Source: Myxococcota bacterium (GTDB lineage Bacteria > Myxococcota_A > SURF-8 > G963663525). Taken from it: a DNA stretch of 14,206 nt. Below are positions 1-7,869 of the stretch, piece after piece. The notes under the pieces were generated by a model. The model had not been told where the DNA came from, did not search any database, and saw nothing but the letters and a program-made list of their open reading frames with translations. Both the position numbers and the translations under genes were made by a program. The DNA lies in contig CAXXVK010000040.1 in the NCBI GenBank assembly GCA_963676915.2, forward strand, positions 1-14,206, in the 5' to 3' direction. Each line of letters opens with the position of its first letter. Within the stretch, counting starts at the first letter, position 1.

Positions 1-1
1 C

Positions 2-1261
2 GATTACGCTATCGATATCGACGGTCACCGCCGGTATTGGTCCACGAACAAATATCCATTGGTGGATGCCAACGGCAAGACGACCGCCGTTGTTGGCCTG
101 ACTCGGGATGTTACCGAACTGGAAGAGGTGGAGGAAGAACTCACCCAGACCCAGGAGTATTTGCAAAATATCCTCGACAACTCGCCGCTGATCATCATCA
201 CCACCGATTTGGAAGGGAAGGTGGTTTCTTTCAATCCGGGTGCGGAAAAGAGTCTTGGCTACAGTGCCGAGGAAATCAAAGGGATGAAAGCCAACCAGCT
301 TTACCATACGCCGGATGAGCGTGACCGGCTGCTTCAGCGCGTGTTGCAGGATGGCGCGGTCAGCGACTACGAAACCTATCTGGTGCGAAAAGACGGCAGC
401 GAGGTGCCGGTAAGCATTACTCTGGCGCAGTTGAAGGATTATCAAGGCAAAGTCATCGGAACGGTGGGTATGAGTCGGGATATCGGACATCGTAAAGCGC
501 TTTTCGACCAGGTGATGCAATCCGAACGTCTGGCCGCCGTGGGTCGGTTGGCGGCGGGAGTCGCCCACGAAATCAACAATCCGTTGGCGGTGATTTACGA
601 AATTTCCGAGTACCTCAACGAACTGCTGGAAGACGATCCGAAGGTAAAGAAAGAATTGACCTTGGAAGAATTCACATTGAATCTTCCCAGTATTCTCAAG
701 CAGGTCAAGCGCTGTCGGGTCATTACTTCTCGCCTGCTGAATTTCTCCCGAAAGAGCGAAGCCAGGGTCGAAATCACCGATGTCAACGCTTCGGTGAAAG
801 AAGTGATCCCATTTCTGGAAAAGAAGGCCAATTTTGCGTCCGTGAAAGTTCACCTGGATCTGGCCGAGAACCTGCCGCAGGTGCAAATCGAAGAAATGCA
901 GTTGCAGGAGATTTTCATCAACCTGCTCAACAACGGTATTCAGGCTTTGCAGGCCAAAAACGGGGGAAATATCTGGGTGCGATCGTTCCAGAAGGACGAA
1001 AAAGTCCACGTGGAGTTCGAAGACGATGGCCCCGGAATTTCCAAAGAAGTCCGTGGACGCCTGTTCGATCCTTTCGTTACTACGAAACCCGCTGGAGAGG
1101 GCACCGGCCTGGGGTTGTCGATTTGTTACGGCATCGTCAAACGCTACGACGGTCAGATCGCGGTAGAGTCTCAACCGGGCAAAGGGGCGAGGTTTTCGGT
1201 GATTTTGCCGAGAGTCAAAGACGGAGACCGCAAGCCGTTTTACTACAAACGCAACGATTGA
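2..1261 (+). CDS. PAS/PAC-domain sensor histidine kinase (NtrB-like), 5' end outside the window
   Basis: The frame is open from base 2 (DYAIDIDGHRRYWSTNKYPLVDANGKTTAVVGLTRDVT, a PAC motif). A second PAS-PAC follows, then H-box AHEINNPL, N-box IFINLLNNGIQA, G1 EDDGPGI, F-box FDPFVTTK and G2 GTGLGLSI. Confidence 0.93.
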   Translation, partial: DYAIDIDGHRRYWSTNKYPLVDANGKTTAVVGLTRDVTELEEVEEELTQTQEYLQNILDNSPLIIITTDLEGKVVSFNPGAEKSLGYSAEEIKGMKANQLYHTPDERDRLLQRVLQDGAVSDYETYLVRKDGSEVPVSITLAQLKDYQGKVIGTVGMSRDIGHRKALFDQVMQSERLAAVGRLAAGVAHEINNPLAVIYEISEYLNELLEDDPKVKKELTLEEFTLNLPSILKQVKRCRVITSRLLNFSRKSEARVEITDVNASVKEVIPFLEKKANFASVKVHLDLAENLPQVQIEEMQLQEIFINLLNNGIQALQAKNGGNIWVRSFQKDEKVHVEFEDDGPGISKEVRGRLFDPFVTTKPAGEGTGLGLSICYGIVKRYDGQIAVESQPGKGARFSVILPRVKDGDRKPFYYKRND

Positions 1262-1360
1262 TTTTCAATTCGTTTGTTTTGGGAAAATCCTTGGGGGATA
1301 CAATGAAATTTCTTCATTTTCCCGTAAAATTGAATTTTTTCGGACTTGTTCGTGTCAAGA

Positions 1361-1369
1361 TGATATACT
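1361..1369 (+). promoter_or_regulatory. Putative extended -10 sigma70 promoter for the beta-barrel gene
   Basis: TGaTATACT (TGn plus a near-consensus -10) about 65 bp upstream of ATG 1436; the -35 match is poor. Confidence 0.4.
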
Positions 1370-1435
1370 AGCGATTCACAATGTGAATTCTGGACAATCG
1401 AACGTGGTTCCATACAAAAGAAGGGAAGGAGACGG

Positions 1436-2848
1436 ATGCCGTCAAAAGCTGTTTTCCTCGCATCGCTTACTATTTTGCTGGTTTGCGCCGTGGCTGCTCC
1501 ACTGGAGGCCCAGGAAGGTGCAGCGAAACCCCGCCTGATCGTACTCGATCTCAAGGCCAACGGAGTAGGCGAAGATATTGCGAAAAGTCTGACCGATCTG
1601 GTTTCCATGGAATTGGAACGCCTGGACAAGTACGATATCGTCACCCGCGACACGCTCGCCGCCATTTTGACGCTCGAAGAGCAGAAACAGCTTTTGGGTG
1701 TCGAAGAGGGAGACGATCAGATCGCCAAAGTCGGCCAAGCGCTCAACGCTCCGTATCTGTTAAAAGGTTCGTTGGGGCGGGTTGGTGCAACGTACTTGAT
1801 TCACTTGGAAATCATCAACACCGAGACCTTGCGTGTCGAGCGGCGTTCCAACCAGAATCTCGTCGGTAAAAGTGACGAACTGATTGGCTCGTTGCGTTCC
1901 GCCGTGATTGCCATTGCCCTGGAAGACAAAGGTGTCCAGCCGGATATCACTCAGCAATTATTGCGTGACCTGCATATTGCTGAAAAAGAAAAAACCATGT
2001 TCTTCCATGTGCGGACGGGCTATGAAATCAACGTCGGACCGACCAAGGACGAGGACGATATTCTCTATTTCCGCCCGGATTACCTGCACTTTATTCTCGA
2101 CGCCGAATATTTTGTGAAACCCTGGATGGCGGTGATGCTTTCCACCGGTTTCGCCACGACGTTGGGGGCGGAATTCGCCGCTCAGAACAAGAAAAAAGTC
2201 GATACGTATCTTTTGGATGTTCCAAGCAATATGTACAACCTCGATCAATCCACCATCGAGGTTCGAAACGTTCAGGCCGGTTTTGACGCCATGAAAATAC
2301 CTTTCGATCTGGCCGTCAAGTTTCGTCCTGAAAAGGGACGTTTTCTCCCGTATTTCTTCACGGGCTTGGGAGTGTCGCAACATATATATCAATTCGACGA
2401 TATGGAAGGCCAATGGTTGAACCAGACCGCTACCGATTTCGACCAAAATGGTTATCCCACCCAGTACCAGGCTTGTGACGCTTCTTCTCCTTATCAAAGT
2501 GGAAAAAATGCGGAAAACTGTATTGTGTCGTTCTCACTGAAAGCTGAAGAAGACAAGTCGTTTTTGGCGTTGGATTTCCTGGCGGGCGCCGGTTTCGATT
2601 ATCTGTTGACCGAACATATTGGTCTGAGTATGGAATTTCGTTACCTGATGAATTATTCCTTCACAGGAGGACGGGATTCTTCCGGGAAAAGCGATTTGGA
2701 TGTGAACTACGACAATTTAGACAATCCCATTGGATTTAATTCTGATGGGACGCAATATCTAAACGCGAATGTTTATAGAGATTCGATTCCGATTGAGCGT
2801 TTGCATCATGGCGTTCTTGTAACGCTGGGCCTGTTGGCTTACTTCTAA
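1436..2848 (+). CDS. Secreted outer-membrane protein: N-terminal CsgG/FlgO/TolB-N-like alpha/beta domain fused to a C-terminal 8-stranded beta-barrel
   Basis: RBS AAGGAG; Sec signal peptide (hydrophobic core then APLEA|Q); pattern RLIVLDL...LTDLVSMEL...YDIVTR...VGQALNAPYLLKGSLGRVGATYLIHLEIINTET; eight amphipathic strands (e.g. RFLPYFFTGLG, LAGAGFDYLL, GLSMEFRY) and a terminal Phe (GLLAYF). Confidence 0.7.
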   Translation: MPSKAVFLASLTILLVCAVAAPLEAQEGAAKPRLIVLDLKANGVGEDIAKSLTDLVSMELERLDKYDIVTRDTLAAILTLEEQKQLLGVEEGDDQIAKVGQALNAPYLLKGSLGRVGATYLIHLEIINTETLRVERRSNQNLVGKSDELIGSLRSAVIAIALEDKGVQPDITQQLLRDLHIAEKEKTMFFHVRTGYEINVGPTKDEDDILYFRPDYLHFILDAEYFVKPWMAVMLSTGFATTLGAEFAAQNKKKVDTYLLDVPSNMYNLDQSTIEVRNVQAGFDAMKIPFDLAVKFRPEKGRFLPYFFTGLGVSQHIYQFDDMEGQWLNQTATDFDQNGYPTQYQACDASSPYQSGKNAENCIVSFSLKAEEDKSFLALDFLAGAGFDYLLTEHIGLSMEFRYLMNYSFTGGRDSSGKSDLDVNYDNLDNPIGFNSDGTQYLNANVYRDSIPIERLHHGVLVTLGLLAYF

Positions 2849-2871
2849 ACCGGACCGTTTTTCGTTCTTTC

Positions 2872-2900
2872 ACGCCTCCTTTTGCCAGGGGGCGTTTTTT
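2872..2900 (+). terminator. Rho-independent terminator
   Basis: ACGCCTCCT-tttgcc-AGGGGGCGT 9-bp stem (one G:U) followed by a T tract, 23 bp after the stop at 2848. Confidence 0.8.
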
Positions 2901-2962
2901 ATGCAGAGTCATATAAATTCGCGCAAACGGCTAAAACCTCACGTCGAATCGGATATCTTTCC

Positions 2963-2991
2963 TTGCATCGTTTGGGAAGCGTTCCTATAAT
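2963..2991 (+). promoter_or_regulatory. Sigma70-type promoter upstream of lepB
   Basis: TTGCAT (2963-2968), 17-bp spacer, TATAAT (2986-2991), located just after the terminator. Confidence 0.65.
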
Positions 2992-3142
2992 CACCGGCAT
3001 GTTGTGACGATTCGTAGCCATCGTGTGAATCGACCATGAAAAATCACCCTTTATCCCCGGTTTGTCCCGCTGAAAGGCGCTTCGTTTTTTTCGCCGAAGA
3101 GATTTTAGCCTGCCAAGCACCGGAAGTACGGGAGCGGTCGCG

Positions 3143-4039
3143 TTGTCTTCATCCGCATCGAAATTGAAAAAAGAAGCTTTATACGGTTTGAAAGAGGGAC
3201 GAAGCGTTTTACGCAAGGCTCGAAAGAAGCTGACGCTCGACGAGTTGCAGCCGCTGGTCGAGGTGCTGGAAAAACTCGACGACGCCCGTAAAGGGAACCA
3301 TGTCGAGGGCATGGAACAAAGCATTGCGGATCTGGATCATCTGTTACGTAACGATTTTGCAGCTTTCGTCAAAAGTCCTACCAGAGAATGGGTAGAGTCC
3401 CTTGTCGTTGCAGTGTTGATTGCGTTGTTTCTGCGTACGTTCGTGCTGGAAGCTTTTAAAATTCCTTCGAGTTCCATGGTTCCCACATTGCTCGTGGGCG
3501 ATTATATCTTCGTGAATAAATTATCCTATGGAATCCGAATTCCTCTTGCTAATCGTTGGGTTACGAGTTGGGATCTGCCGGAGCACGGAGATGTCATCGT
3601 CTTTGTCTATCCCAACGACCCGGACAAGGATTACATCAAGCGGGTCATCGGCGTTCCAGGCGATGAAATCGAGGTTCGCGGACATACCGTTCGTGTCAAC
3701 GGACAGGTCGTGAATACCTCGGACGGCAAAAGCCATCATTTAGGTCACGATCAGGAAGACATGCCGGGAATCTTGTACGATCAGATTTGGGGGACTCACA
3801 ATTATCAGGTCTTTTACAGTTCCCCAGATGTCGTTAGTCCGCTATTTCCCATCAAGCAGTACAAAGTGGAAGAAAACCACCTGTTCGTGATGGGCGACAA
3901 TCGGGACAACTCCTCGGATAGCCGCGTCTGGGGACAAGTGCCTATGGATAATGTAAAAGGAAAAGCGCTTGTGGTCTGGTGGTCTTCCGGGCCGAAAGAC
4001 GGGATGCGCCTGGGGCGCATCGGTCATTTGATAGACTAA
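3143..4039 (+). CDS. lepB: Signal peptidase I with N-terminal extension
   Basis: TTG start with GGAG 8 nt upstream; TM segment (WVESLVVAVLIALFLRTFV); catalytic Ser box IPSSSMVPTL, Lys box DYIKRVIG, and GDNRDNSSDSR. Confidence 0.95.
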   Translation: MSSSASKLKKEALYGLKEGRSVLRKARKKLTLDELQPLVEVLEKLDDARKGNHVEGMEQSIADLDHLLRNDFAAFVKSPTREWVESLVVAVLIALFLRTFVLEAFKIPSSSMVPTLLVGDYIFVNKLSYGIRIPLANRWVTSWDLPEHGDVIVFVYPNDPDKDYIKRVIGVPGDEIEVRGHTVRVNGQVVNTSDGKSHHLGHDQEDMPGILYDQIWGTHNYQVFYSSPDVVSPLFPIKQYKVEENHLFVMGDNRDNSSDSRVWGQVPMDNVKGKALVVWWSSGPKDGMRLGRIGHLID

Positions 4040-4055
4040 AACTATTTAATATTAC

Positions 4056-4628
4056 TTAGGAAATCATTATTTCTGCCGAAGGACTTTTCTCGGAAACTTG
4101 GCGGAAATACCCTTTGCGACGCATGATATCCAGAATTTTTCGTGCGCTTTGTTCGGGAGTTTCCGAGCCATCGGACCGAACCACGGCGTCCGGGGCTTCC
4201 GGTTCTTCGTAGGGGTCCGAAACTCCGGTAAAATGCTGAATTTTTCCTTCTCGGGCTAGTTTGTACAGTCCCTTGACATCCCTTTGTTCGAGAACGTCAA
4301 GCGATGCGTGGCAATGTACTTCGACGAACCGGCCGATGCTTTCCTTAACCTCGTTACGGGTTTCTCGATAAGGAGAAATTGCCGCAACACATACATAGAC
4401 ACCATAGCGGGTCAGTTTTTCCGCGACGAAGCCGATGCGTCGTATGTTGGTATCGCGGTCTTCTTTCGAAAAACCAAGCCCTTTACTAAGGTTTTTACGA
4501 ATGACATCCCCGTCCAGTACTTCCACGGGAAGTCCCATTTTCTTTAGTTCTTTTGCCACGATACGACTGCTGGTTGTTTTTCCCGAACCGCTCAGTCCCG
4601 TAAACCAGATGGTGCATCCAGGGTGCAT
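4056..4628 (-). CDS. cysC: Adenylyl-sulfate (APS) kinase
   Basis: IWFTGLSGSGKTT P-loop, LDGDVIRKNL, LGFSKEDRDTNIRRIG, ISPYR, RDVKGLY, FTGVSDPYEEP; RBS AAGGA. Confidence 0.96.
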   Translation of the reverse strand: MHPGCTIWFTGLSGSGKTTSSRIVAKELKKMGLPVEVLDGDVIRKNLSKGLGFSKEDRDTNIRRIGFVAEKLTRYGVYVCVAAISPYRETRNEVKESIGRFVEVHCHASLDVLEQRDVKGLYKLAREGKIQHFTGVSDPYEEPEAPDAVVRSDGSETPEQSARKILDIMRRKGYFRQVSEKSPSAEIMIS

Positions 4629-4682
4629 TATCGATCCTTTGTTTTCATGTCGATGGGATCAATCCGGCCGAAAAGAAACAAT

Positions 4683-4721
4683 GAACAATCCTCACAAGCG
4701 ATTGAATAGGCTTGTTCCTAC
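4683..4721 (-). repeat. Solitary GTAG-type REP-like hairpin
   Basis: Minus strand reads GTAG + GAACAAGCCT...AGGATTGTTC (10-bp stem, 1 mismatch), with the tetranucleotide directly at the stem foot. Confidence 0.45.
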
Positions 4722-4981
4722 ACGAATACCGATCCCCCCATTCGATTTCATGTCGTTTCGTTTCCGTTTTTTTAACGACTCGTTTGCTGTCGTTCTCTCC
4801 ATCCTTTTCGAAAAGGCCGTATCCGAAAAGGTTCCTTTCATTCAGCGAAAGGGATATAGAGAATAGAGGAAAAGCCCTGGAATGTCCATCTTTTCACGGG
4901 AAATTGTCAGCAACTGGCGTGCAAAGAAATGAATGCGAAAGAAATCATGAAAATGACATAGCTTTTTCTAAAAAATGAGTA

Positions 4982-5011
4982 CTGTCATAACTTTTGCGAA
5001 AATGCTAGAAT
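4982..5011 (+). promoter_or_regulatory. Putative sigma70 promoter for the cytochrome lipoprotein
   Basis: CTGTCA (4982-4987), 18-bp spacer, TAGAAT (5006-5011) preceded by an extended-10 TG. Confidence 0.45.
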
Positions 5012-5093
5012 AGACTTGCTTTTCAAAACACAGCACCAGAACAATCTAAACGAAAAATGCTCGTATTTGACCATCGGAAGGCAAGGAGAGAAG

Positions 5094-6080
5094 ATGATGA
5101 AAAGCAATCTTGCAGAGATTTTTAGCGTTTTGATGGTTTGCATGGTTTTCGTTCTAGGTTGCGAATCCGATAACGGAAACAGTTCATCACCTGAGGGGGA
5201 TCAGGATAGCGACGAATCTGTTATGGAAAACGAAAACACTAATGTCGTGCTTTTTGCCGAAGTGCTTCCGATCTACCAGGCGAAATGCAGTCAGTGTCAT
5301 GGTTGGATCGTGGAGTATGACTCGCAGGTTGGAGTTGCTTCCGAAGATGTCCCCGAGATGAACCTGATTGAGCCGTTCGATACGACATCTTCTTACATAT
5401 GGCACAAGGTCAAGGGAACTTTCGAATCTGTCGGTGGAAGCGGTCAGACCATGCCGCAGGGGGGCGACCCTTTACCGGAAACGGAACTGGCGACCTTGCA
5501 AAACTGGATTCAAGCTGGAGCGTTGGAAACACAGGAACCGGGTGTGGATGGAGACGTGGACGACGATCCGGAACTGGACGATTCTACCGAAGAGGAATTG
5601 GAAGAAGCGGACGAGATTGACAATGGTTTGGAGCAGGAAAACGACGAAATCGTTGAATTCGAAGAGGAGGAAGCGATTGAACAGGACATTGAAAGCGATG
5701 GATCGGAAGAAGAAGTCTTTGTAGAAGAAGACGCGGATGAAAGCGAAGAGATGGAAGGTGGTGGCGAAGTTCTGCCTCCCGTTTCTTTTTCCGGCATGAT
5801 TCAACCGATTTTCAATGCCCAGTGTACGCAATGTCATTCGTGGTTGCAGTCGGGTAGCAGCTACGGGAATATTGTGAATGTGCCATCAACGCAGGTGTCT
5901 AGTCTTTCTTTCGTAAGTCCCGGAGATTCCTCCAATAGTTATTTGTACCTAAAGATTCTTGGGGAACAAAGCACTGTGGGTGGAAGCGGTGTGCGGATGC
6001 CGAAAAATCTTACCCCGCTGGATGATAACTCGACGGCTGACCTAAAAAACTGGATCGATCAAGGAGCATTGAACAACTGA
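5094..6080 (+). CDS. Lipoprotein with two c-type cytochrome domains separated by an acidic linker
   Basis: RBS AAGGAG at 5083-5088 favours ATG 5094/5097 over the ORF-track start 5016; lipobox VLG|C (Cys codon 5160); CSQCH (5286-5300) and CTQCH (5823-5837), each followed by GGSGxxMP and NWIxxGAL. Confidence 0.85.
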   Translation: MMKSNLAEIFSVLMVCMVFVLGCESDNGNSSSPEGDQDSDESVMENENTNVVLFAEVLPIYQAKCSQCHGWIVEYDSQVGVASEDVPEMNLIEPFDTTSSYIWHKVKGTFESVGGSGQTMPQGGDPLPETELATLQNWIQAGALETQEPGVDGDVDDDPELDDSTEEELEEADEIDNGLEQENDEIVEFEEEEAIEQDIESDGSEEEVFVEEDADESEEMEGGGEVLPPVSFSGMIQPIFNAQCTQCHSWLQSGSSYGNIVNVPSTQVSSLSFVSPGDSSNSYLYLKILGEQSTVGGSGVRMPKNLTPLDDNSTADLKNWIDQGALNN

Positions 6081-6110
6081 TTTACTATTCGATCGATCCC
6101 TTTCCCTTTC

Positions 6111-6139
6111 TTGACCCTCCCTGTGTCCCATGCTAACGT
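6111..6139 (+). promoter_or_regulatory. Sigma70-type promoter for uppS-cdsA
   Basis: TTGACC (6111-6116), 17-bp spacer, TAACGT (6134-6139), with an extended-10 TG at 6131-6132. Confidence 0.55.
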
Positions 6140-6212
6140 GCCTCGCGCTTTCGTGCGGGACCGTGACGCTTGATCCGGCACGATGTTCGGTTTTCAAAAA
6201 ACAGGGTGGGCG

Positions 6213-6941
6213 ATGAGTTTTCTGGATAAAATCGACCGCGACAGGCTGCCGAAGCATGTCGGCATCATCATGGATGGCAACGGACGTTGGGCCAAGCGAA
6301 AGCTTCTGGCGCGGGTCAAAGGGCACGAATCCGGTGTGCGGGCGGTACGGGAAGCCGTGACGACCAGCCGAGAACTCGGATTGAAAGCCTTGTCGTTGTA
6401 TGCTTTTTCGACGGAAAACTGGTCGCGTCCACGGCACGAAGTCGAAGCTCTGATGCGCTTGTTGAAAAAGTATCTCGTCGAAGAACGTTCGACCATCATG
6501 GACAACAATATCCGCCTGGTGATGTCGGGCGATATCGAACGTCTGCCGAAATATGTTCGTTCGGAACTCGATGCCCTGATGGCCGATTCCCGGAACAACG
6601 ACGGGATGTTTCTCAACCTTTGCCTTTCGTATGGAGGGCAGCGGGAAATCGTCATCGCCTGCCAGCGGGTTTCCGAGAGAGTACGTGCGGGAGAGCTGGA
6701 ACCGGAAGACGTTTCCGAAGAAGATATCGCAGGAGCGCTCTGGGTTCCCGAATTGCCTCCGATGGATCTGATGATCCGAACCTCGAACGAGTTGCGTGTC
6801 TCCAATTTCATGCTTTGGCAACTGGCGTACGCCGAGTTGATTTTTCTCGAAATCATGTGGCCGGACTTCACCAAAGAGTCCCTCTACGAATCGATCTACG
6901 AGTTTCAACGTCGTGAACGAAGATTCGGAAATCTTCCGTAA
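6213..6941 (+). CDS. uppS: Undecaprenyl diphosphate synthase (cis-isoprenyltransferase)
   Basis: PKHVGIIMDGNGRWA, YAFSTENWSRP, LSYGGQREI, DLMIRTS..RVSNFMLWQLAYAE, RERRFG. Start 6213 preferred; 6183 is also in frame. Confidence 0.96.
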   Translation: MSFLDKIDRDRLPKHVGIIMDGNGRWAKRKLLARVKGHESGVRAVREAVTTSRELGLKALSLYAFSTENWSRPRHEVEALMRLLKKYLVEERSTIMDNNIRLVMSGDIERLPKYVRSELDALMADSRNNDGMFLNLCLSYGGQREIVIACQRVSERVRAGELEPEDVSEEDIAGALWVPELPPMDLMIRTSNELRVSNFMLWQLAYAELIFLEIMWPDFTKESLYESIYEFQRRERRFGNLP

Positions 6942-6966
6942 GGCTTTGAGATACTAAGGAAAACCC

Positions 6967-7785
6967 ATGTTGCTCTATCGCTTTTTATCTGCCGTTGTTG
7001 CCATTCCGGTACTGTTGCTTCTGTTTCTCAAGGGCGGAAGCTCGGTGAACTTTTTCTTCTTTTTGCTGCTAATGATTCTGGGTGCAATTGAATATTTTCA
7101 AATGGCAGTGCCCAATGATCCCGGTTTGCGCAAAGTCGGTCTGGTTTCGAGTGTGCTGATTTATCTGGGAACCGGTCTTGTGGAGCAGTACGGCTTCTCG
7201 ATGGAGTTCGCCACGGCGGCGACATTTTTAGCTTTCGCTATCCCTGCGTTCTGGCTGCTGTTTTTCCCCGATCCGATTTCCACGGTGAGTCAACGGTTTG
7301 GCCTGACAGCGCTTGGGATTTTTTACGTGCCGATTCTCTTTTTGTTCTTCCCGCGTCTCGTAGGATTGAACGCGCCGGATGACGGTTCAGTGTTGCTGCT
7401 GTTGTTCGCAATTGTCTGGGCTAACGATACGGGAGCATACTTTGCCGGAAAACTGCTAGGTCGCCATAAATTCTACGAACGGATTTCTCCCAAGAAAACC
7501 TGGGAAGGCTCGGTTGGTGGTGCATTGTTGGGGATGGTTTTCATTTACCTGTTCAATGGCTGGCTTTCGCTGAACTGGTCGATTCCACAGATGGTTTTCG
7601 CCGCGCTGGCCGTAGGTTACGTGGGGCAGTTGGGCGACCTGATCGAATCGATGCTGAAACGCTCGTTCGGAATCAAAGACTCCGGTAGCCTGATCCCCGG
7701 TCACGGCGGCATCCTCGACCGCTTCGACGCTTTGATGTTCGGCGCGCCGGTGCTGTACTATTTTGCACGGATTTTCGTGTATTAG
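6967..7785 (+). CDS. cdsA: Phosphatidate cytidylyltransferase
   Basis: Polytopic membrane protein with NDTGAYFAG, ISPKKTWEG, GDLIESMLKR and KDSGSLIPGHGGILDRFD; RBS AAGGA; directly after uppS. Confidence 0.96.
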   Translation: MLLYRFLSAVVAIPVLLLLFLKGGSSVNFFFFLLLMILGAIEYFQMAVPNDPGLRKVGLVSSVLIYLGTGLVEQYGFSMEFATAATFLAFAIPAFWLLFFPDPISTVSQRFGLTALGIFYVPILFLFFPRLVGLNAPDDGSVLLLLFAIVWANDTGAYFAGKLLGRHKFYERISPKKTWEGSVGGALLGMVFIYLFNGWLSLNWSIPQMVFAALAVGYVGQLGDLIESMLKRSFGIKDSGSLIPGHGGILDRFDALMFGAPVLYYFARIFVY

Positions 7786-7811
7786 AGCGTTTTTCAGTGA
7801 ATTCGAAAATA

Positions 7812-7835
7812 GTCGGGTGAAATCACCCAGCCTAC
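7812..7835 (-). repeat. Solitary GTAG-type REP-like hairpin
   Basis: Minus strand GTAGGCTGGGTGATTTCACCCGAC: GTAG followed by an imperfect palindrome with core GGGTGA/TCACCC. Confidence 0.55.
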
Positions 7836-7869
7836 GCTTACATCTTGGAAATACTGATAAATTCCTTCC

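Noticed and set aside
1281-1323. GGGAAAAT/ATTTTCCC inverted repeat after the kinase
   Set aside because: 8-bp arms with a 27-nt loop and no U tract; not a convincing terminator.
3036-3107. 23-aa upstream ORF in the lepB leader
   Set aside because: No RBS and no informative composition.
4855-4930. Faint resemblance to SAM-I riboswitch words (AGAG, GAGG, GCCC, GCAAC, GTGC)
   Set aside because: Wrong strand for cysC, lacks the P1 ATC/GAT pairing and correct spacing; an Rfam cmscan would settle it.
5529-5780. GAA/GAC-rich tract as a tandem repeat or array
   Set aside because: No fixed period; explained by the in-frame acidic linker.
6042-6908. 288-aa and 226-aa antisense ORFs over uppS
   Set aside because: Shadow ORFs of a conserved, GC-rich coding strand; no motifs.
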